Positions 50,936 through 64,000 of a DNA stretch of 64,000 nucleotides are shown piece by piece. The position numbers and the translations under genes are program-made. How positions within the stretch are numbered: the first letter of the stretch is position 1; each line of letters begins with the position of its first letter. Source of the DNA: Raillietiella orientalis. Its lineage: Eukaryota. Under the pieces are notes generated by a model. The model worked only from the letters and a program-made list of their open reading frames with translations, was not told the DNA's origin and ran no database searches. The stretch lies in NCBI GenBank assembly GCA_036172245.1, contig JAYWIR010000001.1, positions 11,656,001-11,720,000 of the forward strand, written 5' to 3'.

Positions 50936-52204
50936 GCAGGGGGGCGCTGCAGCTTCCCGCTTGCTTCCTTGTGCACACTCCGTGAAGAGGCGACGACTAC
51001 GGAGGGACCCCCCACAACAGGGGGGTCCGCTCTCCTGTTGCACACCGGAGGGGGAAAACTGCCCACCTCTTTTTCTTCCGGCCATCATGGGCAGGCCACC
51101 GGCTTTATCCACCGCCGGGGCCATGCCCGAATGTGTCGGCCAACCAGCGCCGTTGCCGGAGAAACTCGGAAACCAAACGACGCAAAAGCGGTACGTTTGG
51201 CGACGCAACAAAGTTAAGCCGAAGTATTCGAACCCGCGACGCGTGGTGCCACGCGCGGAAGCCTTAACCACAAAGCCTCCGACGCGGGCACTCATTTATT
51301 TATAATATAGCAATCAATAATCCTTTATTGATTTGTCTCATGAATGAATACACCGTCGAAACCAACAAGTTAACAGAAGACTGTTACTTGAATAATACGA
51401 ATGAGTGAAAAAAATCATTCGAAACTCTGAAACACGTCAAAAACGAAAGTCTAGTAGAAGATAGCATTATTTTTCCCTATTTTTCCTCATTCATGTTTAT
51501 TTCACGAACTTCAGTTTGTTTTCATGTGCTAATCTATCAAGTAGTGTCATATGTACATATATGTATACATATATTACAGATTGAGAATTCCTGGATATTT
51601 TAATGGTGGTCATTTTTATTATGGATTTCGTGCAAATAATCTTCTGTGCTGTTAGCCTTGCTATCTTCATTACTAATGAAAATGTGACTCACAAAATTTG
51701 GTTTCCTATATAATGCTTATAAATGTTCCTGATACAAAGAATTGATAGTCATTATTCGTAAGAGATAGCAGTTATTTAATATTCGAAGATTTCGAAATAG
51801 AGTTTACAAATTTCTCATGAAAATAAGATTACGAAAACATATTCAACTATGGAGAAAAGGATCACTAAAATCCTTCATTATTATTCGATAAGACTATGCG
51901 TTAGTGTTATTGAATTTTGATAATCGATTATTTGTAGTTACTAAAAAGTGATGATAAATTTGTATCGCTAGTGCATTTCTTGATCTCTGATTTTAATCTA
52001 CAACAGTTTTGAGGTCTTCAAATTGTTTTGTATATTTTAAAATGTCAGAATAAAAGGTTTTCAAGTAATAATTTTCAATTACTGTAACTTGGCAATCCTT
52101 CTTTTTGTGCCCTTGGGCAGATTGTACGTGTTTCCTTAGTATATAAATATTTAGATGCAAAAATACTTTTGAACATCTATATAATGTGAAAGTGTTTTAC
52201 CGAA

Positions 52205-53238
52205 ATGGGAGATTATGCACTGACATTAGAGGGGGATTTGACTGCAACAGAAACATTGAATGAAAAGAATGGTCAGATATATAATACCCTAGATGAACCA
52301 GTCAGCCAAACTTTTGTAAGTTTGAGAAACATGTGATAAAATTTGCTTAACATAAATGCCCCCAAAATATGTATTTTTTCTTAGCTACGGGATGTGAAAA
52401 GTATATGGAATAAAATTTTGCAAGTACTTATACCCAGGGACAAAAAATCATCAATAAAAGAATGTAAGTCAGTTTGTAAATTCTAGTAGGGATGATGAAT
52501 AAAATAAATAGGGCATTATGGGTGCTTCAGAAACATAAATCATCGATTAAATTATGAGTTTTTGAAACTGATTTATATGGTTTTGAAGGCATGTACTGTT
52601 CACATTCCTTATTTGCTGTATGCTGAAAGATTACTCAAGATGTGAATTCAAATATAGGTTTCAAATTTTTAAACATCTGTTTTCAGGGGACCTTTGGGGA
52701 CCTTTATTTTTGTGTACTGCATTGGCAGTGTAAGTTGAAATCAAACACTGAAATTACATATGCAGATTTTGCATTCCAAATACTAGACTACTTCAAGGAT
52801 CAGATGACAGAAGCTATGGAGATCCTGAATTTGCAGAAGTTTTTGTCTTAGTTAGCATTGGTGCTTTTGTGGTGACACTGAATTCGCAACTGATAGGTGG
52901 CACATTGTAAGTAAAAAAGTAATATTGCGAGTAGGAATAATAATACTTTTATTTTGTACCCTAGATCATTTCTCCAAAGTGTTTGTGTTTTGGGGTACTG
53001 CTTATTACCAAGTGTGCTTTCGCTAATGTGCTGCCACTTAGTTTCTTTGTTGGGGGAGCACAGATTTATAACATTTGTTGCACGGAGTGTGTTTCCATTT
53101 TTAGCATTTATCTGGGCTTCCTATTCAGCCTTAATGTTTTTGGGAGATACACAGATGCCAAGGAGAAGGCTCTTGGCTGCATATCCAATGTGCCTTTTTT
53201 ATTTCATTATTTCTTGGCTTGTGATGTCACACTCATGA
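52205..53238 (+). CDS. YIPF6: Yip1 domain family member 6
   Basis: 5 GT-AG exons starting 52205-52315 and 52385-52463. Motifs YNTLDEPVSQTFLRD, EWDLWGPL, PEFAEVF, VTLNSQLIGG.LSFLQSVCVLGYCLLP, LAAYPMCLFYFIISW. Confidence 0.94.
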
Positions 53239-53377
53239 ATAAACAAGTGGTGATATGTGTTTGTGGAAAAATTATTATGAAGATGAACTTAAATCTCTCA
53301 TAATGAATGCTATAGCTGCTGGATTCCTTAAAAGTTAGCTTCAATCTCAAAACCCCACTTTTGGAAGAAATTACTTT

Positions 53378-53776
53378 TTATTTATCATAATATCTTTGTT
53401 TCATTGCTCTATATTTTCTCAAGGCATACAAAGCCTCTACCTCTCGTATAACATATTCGCCTTTCTTCACCAGTATGCTAATCATTTCAGGATCTGATAC
53501 ATCTTTATGCCGCATGAATGATTGTTTTATTTTGTTACGAAAGTAGTCATAACCTTTGGGATAATCCTTTCCAAGATATAGCAACTGTAAAACAAGATTA
53601 TTTGGTGCGAATAATGTAGGTATATAAGCGAAATCGGGGCGCGTGTTTAATATAGAAATTACCGAGTACAAAATAGACATGAATGCAAAAAAGAAAAAAA
53701 ATGTGAATTCGTCACATGTTCCACAAAAGACATAACTTACAGATTTGTAAAGTTTTAAAACATCTGATTTTGACAT
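53378..53776 (-). CDS. ETFRF1: Electron transfer flavoprotein regulatory factor 1 (LYRM5)
   Basis: Exons 53776-53741 and 53584-53378 give 80 aa: [48 protein letters not shown]. Confidence 0.94.
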   Translation of the reverse strand: MSKSDVLKLYKSVSYVFCGTCDEFTFFFFFAFMSILYSVISILNTRPDFAYIPTLFAPNNLVLQLLYLGKDYPKGYDYFRNKIKQSFMRHKDVSDPEMISILVKKGEYVIREVEALYALRKYRAMKQRYYDK

Positions 53777-56700
53777 CAGTTCTTAAAGTCATTCCTTCTG
53801 AACTGCATATTGATCACTGAACCAAACTTCCCATTATAGATTCACAGATTATTCCATTTTGTGAATTAATGCAAGATTTTTCTTCAATCCATTTTCAAAG
53901 TATTCCTTACGCTATGGAATACAACAGCAAAATTATTTAACGTTTAAACTCCATTTAAGCTACGACAATAAAAAAGCTCTATAAAAAAGCTGCTTGCACA
54001 CATTTTCATGCTTAAATAAAGTCAAAAAGTTACAAAACGTTACAAAGTTACAAAGTTCACGATACCAAAGGAATTCGAAGTGAGATCAATTTCAATCAAC
54101 TATGTAAATGGAAAATACATCGCTCAGAATTCCAAACTTGATATTTCAAAGATGAATCAAAAGATGAACGAACTCGCAACATCAAGGGTTACTCTAAGTA
54201 GGCAAATAATTCGGCGCATTTCTAGGCTACCAAGTATTTTTTAAATTTCAATATTATTGTATTGGAACATTTTTTTTTTGTATTTGTATTTTTTTTTTTT
54301 AAATGAGTGCGAAAAACTGTCTTCATAGGCAATGGAATAAATTCGGAATCCAATATATTTTCATTTCGGAATAGATTGATGGATCATTCAGTGGTTTTCG
54401 GAAGACAGTTTTGTTGAAACATAACGCGATGCGATTGATGTGACTTCGATTCTATAGAATAATCGATGTGATGACACCTCATTAATTTACCAGTAATTGT
54501 CCTCGCATAATTATTCATTGAAACAATTTTGAATTCAATGATGTTTATTCCATGAATTTCTAAATAACACGGATCATGATCTCTTGGATAAAAATTACAT
54601 GGTTTCTTTATTGATCCATTAGAATAACAAAGATGTACAAATATGTACAAATAGATTAAAAAAACTATGCATATCCAATCTCGAAAATCCTACTTCATTA
54701 ACTTGGAAATATTTTCTTGATTTTCTTCCCATTTAATTAGATTCTGAATTGAAATAATTGTATTCTATAACAATTCTATCTAAAAGTAGCTATTTCGAAA
54801 TAAGAATGGATAGAGATAATCAGAAAAGGAGGACTTCAATTTTTATCCTTTTATGACCCAGATAAATAGAAAGAAGGACCATTTATTATTCTCGTTTTGA
54901 AGATTCTGTAGTGACAAAATGGAAACAAGAAATAAAAATCGTCATGCAAGATCTCTTTGTGATGGTTTAAAGGAAAAGTCTCTTCTGACGAACTCATTGA
55001 GCTTCCATGACAGCAATGAATGGAACAGCATGTTGTTGAAAGAGCTTTTCTCCAATATGAGAGCATTACCATAAGTGAATTAAAAGAGATCCAAATATGA
55101 CAAGAATGCTAGATATGGAATCACAGATAACCAAACATCTGTTTCCATCAGAAAATACAAGAATATTCCATCATTGGAAAAAACAAAGTTTTAATAACTT
55201 CTACGAGAAAATCCACACGTGGTACTGCATCGATGGAACAATTCGCCTATCTAATGCAGCTTATTGATTAGCATGAACAAGACTTATTTACATCTTCATT
55301 TTCAGTAGGTAGAATAAAACGACTAAAAATTAAAGTTTATTGTAAATGGTTTTTTAAATAGTTGATTAAACTTGAGGAAATTTTTGGCAGTTTCTTGAAA
55401 CCGAGGAAAACACTAAAGTACCAAAATTGTTGCAATTATTGAATTTGAATATCCCAGCTAAAACTCAAAAATTGCAGCATGCAGAAATCAATCATGTTGT
55501 TTTGCCTTTAAATAGAACACTTTTATCTTCATAGACCCAGTAAAGGTCGTGTTAATCAAAGTCGGACGCCCTGTAAAGACTTTTAAGACCGTTTCTTTAC
55601 TTCCTCATTGGCCTACTCTCCTAGGATGCAATATTCTGTTTCTTGGTTTCTCGATGCTCCAATTGTTCTCATCCTCTGCATTAATATATGTTTTTATTAT
55701 GTCTCTATTCTGGGAACATCAAAATTTCTTTCTAAATAGTGTTGAAAAAGAAAGAAAGAAAGAAAATAGTCAACCGAAAGACGATGCTCATAAAAGTCCC
55801 CAAAGTTAAATTTGAATTCCATTTGTAAAACTGTTACTCTAATTAGTTCTTAGCCATATGATCATGCGACTGTATGATGATTTTCAGTATTAGAGTTTTG
55901 TATTTCAACATTGAACCTTGCTAAGAATTGGAACAAGTTGAATAACTGATGTTGAAGAAAACAAGTAGTTTGAACTTGAGTAAAATGAGTTCAGGACCAC
56001 AGTTGAGGTTTTAACGCATCGAATATCCATCAAAACTGAGGTATTTAAACACAAAACTATAGATGAATTTATATTCATGTTTACAGAGTTCTTGAAGAAG
56101 CAAAAATCTTCAAGGACTCTTCAACTGCTTGTCTTTATCATTGCAAATTTAACGAAACCATTTTTGTCAATAAAATAAAAAGAAACGATCGACCTTTAGC
56201 ACACAACATTCAAGTATCACTTTAGACACAATTCTTTTTAGAATCGAATATTTTTTCAAGATTTGAAGCTTATTTTTTCAATTGGTTGCTCAGACTCAAA
56301 CCATTTCTATTAAAAAAGAGGATTTTTTCATATCGATATTAAGGTTTACGATCAACAGTATCTTTGCCTTTACGGAAGACATTACTATAATGAAATCTTA
56401 CACTTTCCATTTGAATATTTTTTACATAATAGTCCAAACGAAATTTGTAATCATTTGCCTCTTATTTGTCTTTGTAATGGAAATGTTAGTTAATAATTAT
56501 TTAGCTAATTCTTCGGTTATTTGCATCTACATCGTGCTGGTTCAACTCTTGATAACTACTGAAACTTGCATAAATCCTTTCCCTTTTTTCATGTCATAGT
56601 AAATCTCTTTAAAATCAATCAAAATATTTGAGAGGTCATAAAATTCAAAGAGTTCATATAAGGGCAGAAATCATACGAAATGCAAGGCATATGAGGTTTC

Positions 56701-58023
56701 TGCATAATGAATCGTAGAAAGAGTCACGTGAAGTGAATTATATTGAGGGTAACAAAAGATTAAAACTTTTCTTAATTATGCATAGCTTGACGTGAAAACT
56801 GTGGATAAATGATTCGAAAAGCATTTAGCTACTGTGAAAAAGTAAGTGTATCGCTGATACTTCATCGTCCGCAAACAGTGGAATTATCATTTATTTCCTA
56901 CATAAGATATTTCTCATTATAAGTCTCTGATATATGGACTTAGCCACTTTTTTAAGGTGAAAGTCTCGTGACACAATTGTTGATGGCAAGATCTACAAAG
57001 ATTCAAATGTATTCAGGTTTGCTTTTACTGAATGTTAAGGAGTATGATGAATTTGCATTTCGATTTTAACCGAAATGTATCCCCAAAACAGCAACAACAA
57101 CTGTGTTTCACCTTATAGTCTAATTCTATTTGCATAATAAACCATTTCATTTAAAGTCATTTTGGAGTTGTCATCCTCAATATTTCATTAGAGGAATTAT
57201 CAAGATTTCTCATTTTGCCACAGCTTTATCATATTTCTTCTTCAAAGATAAATGATACTGTTACATGCCGAATATGGTAGATTCGTAGTATGATTCTCTG
57301 CATTCCGTACTTCCTGTGTTTTTTTTGGTTCTTTTGAGAGTAAAGCAAATCTGGACGACAGAAATGAGTCCATGTTTTTATCATGTTTATTGTGGCTTAA
57401 ATAAAAGAATACAATAAACACTGAGTGGGAAACTTTTTCTGGGTTTTGCGACTATTTGTGGCTTCTGATTCAGATTGTCTTTTCCAAATCTGATAAGCTG
57501 CATCTCAATTCACTTTTTGGTTTGATTTGTTTTCATGCTCACTACAAAGTTTTCATTCTTGTTTGAAAAGGTATGAGTGTAATTCGAAAATCTTCAGAAT
57601 TTCCATATTTATTTAGTTTTGTATTTTTCCTAGAATTTTATGTATATAATACCGCTAACCAATTCGTTCTAATCAAATCAGTAGGTATACTTGCTTCTCA
57701 AAATATGAAACAGGATACTTGGGTTTTGGGTCACTAAATGATAAATTATAATCCAGAAAGTGTTGGGAATTGTGAATTTCCTATCTCCGGTCGTAACATT
57801 AAAAAAAATGTAATTAAGTTTTGTGTACGTTTAAATGTTTATTAAAATGCTTCAGTCTCGGAAATGTTTTCCCCATGTGCTATTTATGAGTGTATTTGTG
57901 ACCAATTGTATAGCTACATATTCGTATTTGCAGATTAATGTTGCCAATGAATGTTGGGTGAGCTAACAACATTCCAGAAATTCATTCTGATTGTTTGAAA
58001 ACATTCATGTAACAACAAAAACA

Positions 58024-58603
<580 letters not shown>

Positions 58604-61600
58604 TCATCTATCAAATGCTTTTGGTGATTGCATGAAAAACTGGAGTTTACCAATCATCATGTACTATCATCTTTCCAGTCATCTGAATCCACATAAAAGC
58701 AGTGTTTTTTTTAATAAAAAAGAAATGAAACGTCTAAACCTCCTCACTGCAATTGTCAGAAATAATGTTATTGATATTGAATGCTTTGGGATGTTATCAA
58801 AATGTTATAAGGAAAGAATATATCCTTAATAAACTGGATGACAAGTTTTTCCCCAAAGCAAGAGTAACTTCAAAGCATATTTTTCTTGGATTACTGCAGC
58901 CCTAATTTCAAAGCATGCATCAAGTATTCGAATTTTTCGTTAAATTTATGTTGCTGTTTACTGTTATTAAGTGCCTACATATGCAAGATGACTTGAGTTG
59001 CATTCTTTTTTGTTTCAAAGCCAATGCATTTGGTTGGAGCATGTGAAGTGCAAAATTTTGAACAGAGACATTAATTTTCATAACTTCCTTTGCTGTGTTT
59101 TCTGGATTTGGATTGAAGTAAAGCTGTTACTTTAACAAGATATATGTTACTTTAACATACATCTTGCTGTGTATGATTGATATTCTCATATTCCCATATT
59201 GGGTGTTTTGTCAATATCATATCAGTTACCTGGCCAGGAAGTCCAATTAAGTGTTTTATATTTATTAATCAATGCATGATTAAGAAATCCAACGAATTGA
59301 TTAAACTTATTGATTCCGATATGCAAAAAGCAGTCCCATAATGTATTCCAAGTACAATTAAAATTTTTGTGGCAAAAGGATGTTTACTGAAATTGAACCT
59401 TAATTTTAGGTGGTAAGAGTGCATTCATATCAGCTTGCATTGTAAAAATTCTGACCATATTTCTGTAAGGTGTACCATTTCACAAACTCTTGGCCTCCAA
59501 ACTTGCAAAGAAGTTATATTTTGTTTCCATGATGCATCTACACAATAACTCAAGACAGTGTAATTAAGAGTTGTTTTTTGGGAACTGTGCCCTTATTTCA
59601 TCATACCATTTTAACTGACTTGATGCTTATAAACGTAGATCCTGATGAAATCATAATCCATCAGGTTCTTTGGATATGGTGTGATTATCACGAGACTCCT
59701 CCAATAACAGGGAAAGCCATATGAAACCATCACTTCATAATGATGTACAAAAAAAATGCTATTGCTGACATTTGTACCATTTTTGAGAACAGAATGACAA
59801 CTTGTTTAATTTAATGGCTTACAATAATTTCTACAGAATCGAGATTTTAAAATGAAGTCTAACTGTTGCCTTGGTAAGCTTGCATTATGTGCATCCTACC
59901 TTCATGTGAACTCGACACTGAATTTTATATGCATTAGGATTCTCTGGTTGGTCATAAATACGGATATAGCAGCAGGATGGAAGTGACGCGTCTATGTTTC
60001 GAATTTAAGTATCAAGGTAAAACAGTCGACACTGTCGTCTCTAGAACACGTCCTCCGATAACAAAAACATCTACCAATGATAACGCAAATCTTGACGAAT
60101 GCTTCGTAATGGAATCTCATTAAAGTGCTTCAATGTGATTATGTTTGATGGCGAACCCCTCTTACGCCATTTTTTCCCCCTTTTTCTGTGTGCATTCAAG
60201 AGAGGAATTCGACCAAGCGAAAAGACTTTACAAACCGTCCACACGCCCGTCCGTTGGTGCTGTTTGTGGAGGAATGCAAAAACCAAGCGGGTGGTGTGCC
60301 CTGAGCTAACTGGTCTCTTGCAAGAAGAATCTCGCCGTGATTTCCTGCTGAACACCTGAAAGCTAAAGAAAGAAGTACATCTAGGTGCCAGATTTGTACA
60401 GTGCATTTCCTTAATGCTATCAATCCTCAAATTTCAATACCTATAGTGAAAGCTTAACGTTTTTTTTTTTCGGGGCATCTCCGGTTATCTCCGATTCTAA
60501 GGTCAAAGAAAAGTCTTTGCTCTATGACCAACAGCACATTTGCAGTAACAAATGCTGTTAATAAATAAAGTGCGGTTGATTTTCTCCGAGATGCTGCAAA
60601 AGAACCTTTGAAATGAATTGAGTACTCAGTTCAAGAATGGAGGTCACAGTCATTCACTAGGTTTTTGTCATATATTTAGTGAGCCATTAGTGATGTGAAG
60701 GTATCAGACACCCAACGAAATGAGTATTCACACAAACAGACTCGAAAGAAAACAAAAAAAAGGGAGGACCTTCTTGGGCTCAAGAAAGATTTTGTAATCT
60801 GAAAAATGGAAATCATTACTTATTTCTGTAGCAGAATTCAACGATTTCTTTATTGAGTGAAACACGTGTATTGGCACTATTGGCACTGAAACTGGAAAAA
60901 TCACTTGAATTCCTGCCTAGATGCCCACTGTGCTTTCTGCTTTGCTTATTATTATCTTAGGCCCCGATTGCCATGCTCAGAGAGGAACCAAGTGAACATT
61001 GCTTCTGAGTACGTTGGAATTTTTAAAAGTCAGAAAGATGTGGAGAAATTCAAACTGCAGAGGCCCTCACAGAAATGCCAATGTTTTCTTCTAAGTAAAA
61101 AGTATTCGAAGTTCAGCGTGAACTTCATTTGAAAACTGCAAAAATAAACGATATCAGATAGATTGGTAGTTACTTAATTCCGTAGCTGTGTGTCTAATAG
61201 ATTTCTAAGAACTCAAGTCATTATCCAGAAATGCATTATGATTGTTTGAGAACATTCATGTAACAAAAAAAGTCCACTAGTGGGACCATGTCTTAATCAC
61301 ATTTTCAGGTCACTTGTTGGGTACCATTCGTTTTCTCCGCTTCTTTCCATTCTAGAAGCACTCTGAGTCTCACTGAATCAAAGAGTATTTCAGAAACTGC
61401 ATTCTTCGTTGTGAACGTTGTTAACAAAACTCAGTTATTCCGATTAAATTTCCAATTAATGTTGTTAAAAATCGCGCCATCTTTCTCGAAAGCAGCCTTT
61501 AATTGCATGCATTTGGTGTAAACTTCGCCACTACAGAAAAGAGACTTGGCAGCACTGTTTTTGAAATTGGAAACGTGCAGTCTCCATGATGACGACGATA

Positions 61601-63828
61601 AATTTCAAAATTTTTGCAGAATAAAATTCAAGACTACGCATTTTTTACTCCTTTCAATCTTATTAACATTCTTCTTCACTTGGCTACTATGGTTACTTTC
61701 ACGTGGCTCCTGTACGTTCGCACTTTTCCTATAGCTTGACTTTCGTTTGGCAGATTTCGTTTTCGTTTCGTTTCATCCAACTCCTAGGGTTTGTATCCAT
61801 AAAAACCGCTCATCCGTGCTGTGTTTGACTGAAGCCATTCTTTCTTTTCCCTTTCCGTATCCTCTTCTGACTGCTTTAAGGTCTCTGGGTGTGAGCATAA
61901 CGAGAACACATAAACAAGTCCGCCTTCGAGTTTCCTGAAGACAAACACCCGTTCAGCGAAAGCTCTTGCTCTGACATCCTTTCAAAACCGAGGGGGGGAG
62001 AAAAATTTTTCTTTTTTTTCACGCTGCAATGAAGCAAAAAAACAACGAGCGTAGGAAAGCAGAAAGTTCCACAGAGCTTAAGATCAGAACCTTCCCGAAG
62101 CGAATCCGGATACGTGAAAAAGGTTATTTAAACGAAACTGTTATGGTTTCATACTGGCAAAGGTTCAGTCCCGAGTTTACAGCAGTCTGGTTGTGTGAGA
62201 ATGACGGAACTGAACTTGTAATTCGAGGACCCTGTTAGATCTTCGGAACTTTTTTTATTTTCTCTGTTGCAAGGCGGTCGCGCTTGCGCGAAGGAACTCT
62301 TTGATTTTCCATGCATTGTAATCATAAGGTCCCGAAGCTGTTTTCTCTGAGGAATGATGAATAATCAAGAAACGGAATAATAGGAATCGAAAGTTGTGTC
62401 TCCTCATTCGGTCTGTACATTCGCTGCATTTTTTCTTCCTTACCCTTCGAGTTCAGTTTCCGTAGAGAAAAAAAAAAAGTCTGAATGGATCATCCCACTT
62501 CGTGATTCCATTGTCCAAAGACAGCACTGCAGCACCAAAAGTCCCAAGAGGTCCAATGTGCATCGAAAAATCCAAGGAAAGAAGTGTTCTGCTTGTAGCC
62601 TCGGGGAAAATGCTCCCGGGATCCTGGTTTCCGTAAACAACACTGTTTCCGTGTTTGCCGGGGACCAGCCTCTCATGAATCGGTGGTGTTAAACAGCAGT
62701 TAAAGATCGAGTCATTCAAAGGTCCCCTGAAAGGATCACGTTTCCTTTCGGGATCACGAAACGGCTTTCGTGCTGAGAATTTTTCAACAGCGCACACACG
62801 AACCGGTCTGACGACACTTTGGATTTGGTCTCTCAAACACACGCCTAGTATCCACCTGTGGGAGAAAACGTGCGCTGCAAGATGACGAGATCACTCCCAG
62901 ATAACGAATACTGTGTTTCTGTCGGGCGTCAAACAGTCCGGGAGAATTTTAGAGCTGGCTCTTCAATAGAAGCATGCCCAGTAGCTATGGCTGCTTCCAC
63001 CGGCCTTTGAACAGAATCCCAAAGGAAAGCTTGAAAGAGCTCCTAGAACAGAAATGTATGAAATCCATTTGACAAGATGGGATGCACTTTGAGTTGGGAG
63101 AGATCGGATGTCACGAGTAGCGGAAAAACCGGGAAAGCAGCGGGAAAAGAACTTTCAATCGGTTGAAACAGCCTTTTCGCCGGGAATTTGACGTCCAGCA
63201 TCTGTACACGGAAGGGATGCGCGGCGAACGACGGGCAACCTGGCAGCTAACGTGTTTCCGAAATCCTCCGAGTGGATCGTTGGAACGAGTTGTCCAATAT
63301 ATTCAATCTGCGGATGGACCTTCGAAGACTCCAGTTTTTCCCTTTGCGGTTGTCCAAATTTGCTTCAGCTTCGTGCACTCGTTCGCATGGTCCGCAGCTC
63401 TCGTGTGCTGCTCTTGCAGTGGTTCCAGTCCTCCGTAGCTTTCCATTTCCAGTCCAGAACGGAACGGAAGGAATCGTACTTTACGTCAAAAACTACCTAC
63501 TTTTTATAGCATTAGAACAATACATTGCCTCTTCCCGATTTGCTATCCGTTCCCATGTTGTCCATCGTCATCTGCTGACGCTCGTCGATTTTCCTTCTTC
63601 AAAGTCCTTGCTCTCTACGTAAGCAGGGTCCGTGGAAGCTTGGTCCCCCCCCCCCCCGTTCTTCGGTGCCTTGCAAGAGGGACGATTCCAGGATCTCGAG
63701 GAATCGGAAAAAGGCTGTTCTGACTCTATCTGGATCTTGAAATTCCTTGCGAAGCTGCTCTTGCGTTCTGTTTTTGCAGCATTCGTTTCTCATCCGTGCT
63801 GTCCATTCACGCAACCTCATGCAACGTC

Positions 63829-63902
63829 TGCCTGAACATTCGACCGGTCACGCAGTTTGCAGCTTGGTATTAGGAGTCGTGGGTTCGAATCCCACCCAGG
63901 TA
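63829..63902 (+). pseudogene. tRNA-like sequence (tRNA pseudogene or SINE head)
   Basis: Perfect T-arm GTGGG-TTCGAAT-CCCAC (63879-63895). Acceptor-like pairing tgcctga/ccaggta (6 of 7 with G-U) at tRNA-length spacing. D and anticodon arms do not fold. Confidence 0.5.
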
Positions 63903-64000
63903 AAGATCGACGCCGAGAAATCGGTGTTGCGGCGCGAGCTTCGAGTTCCTCCTGCAAGATGACGTTGGTTCTCCCATTCGGTGGAAGCAGCCGGATGACC

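Noticed and set aside
58700..59900. Possible decayed RT on minus (SKEPDGL, IGLPGQ)
   Set aside because: Too degenerate to distinguish from chance.
60220..60356. Candidate minus-strand exon after a strong acceptor
   Set aside because: No recognisable protein and no partner exons identified.

Overview
Eukaryotic (animal, probably arthropod/ecdysozoan; inferred) genomic DNA with very small GT-AG introns (mostly 40-55 nt). Gene-dense AT-rich islands alternate with transposon graveyards. Complete spliced genes reconstructed by hand: CCDC47(-), UBE3C(+), WDR83(-), VPS11(+), PDHB(-), LRRC40(-), YIPF6(+), ETFRF1/LYRM5(-) and ZCCHC10(+). There is also the intact 3' half of a BTBD8-like gene(-). Two convergent gene pairs have stop codons only 15 and 20 bp apart. 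The 37-51 kb block holds a decayed Ty3/Gypsy pol, an unexplained outward-facing inverted repeat, a decayed intronless unknown ORF and a nested L1/Tx1-clade retrotransposon complex. In that complex, two diverged copies share an unusual 3' end (AATAAA followed by a GC stem-loop, no poly(A)). The layout fits a 5'-inverted element later invaded by a younger relative. An LTR-like repeat occurs three times in the window. All homology calls come from recalled motifs, not from database searches.
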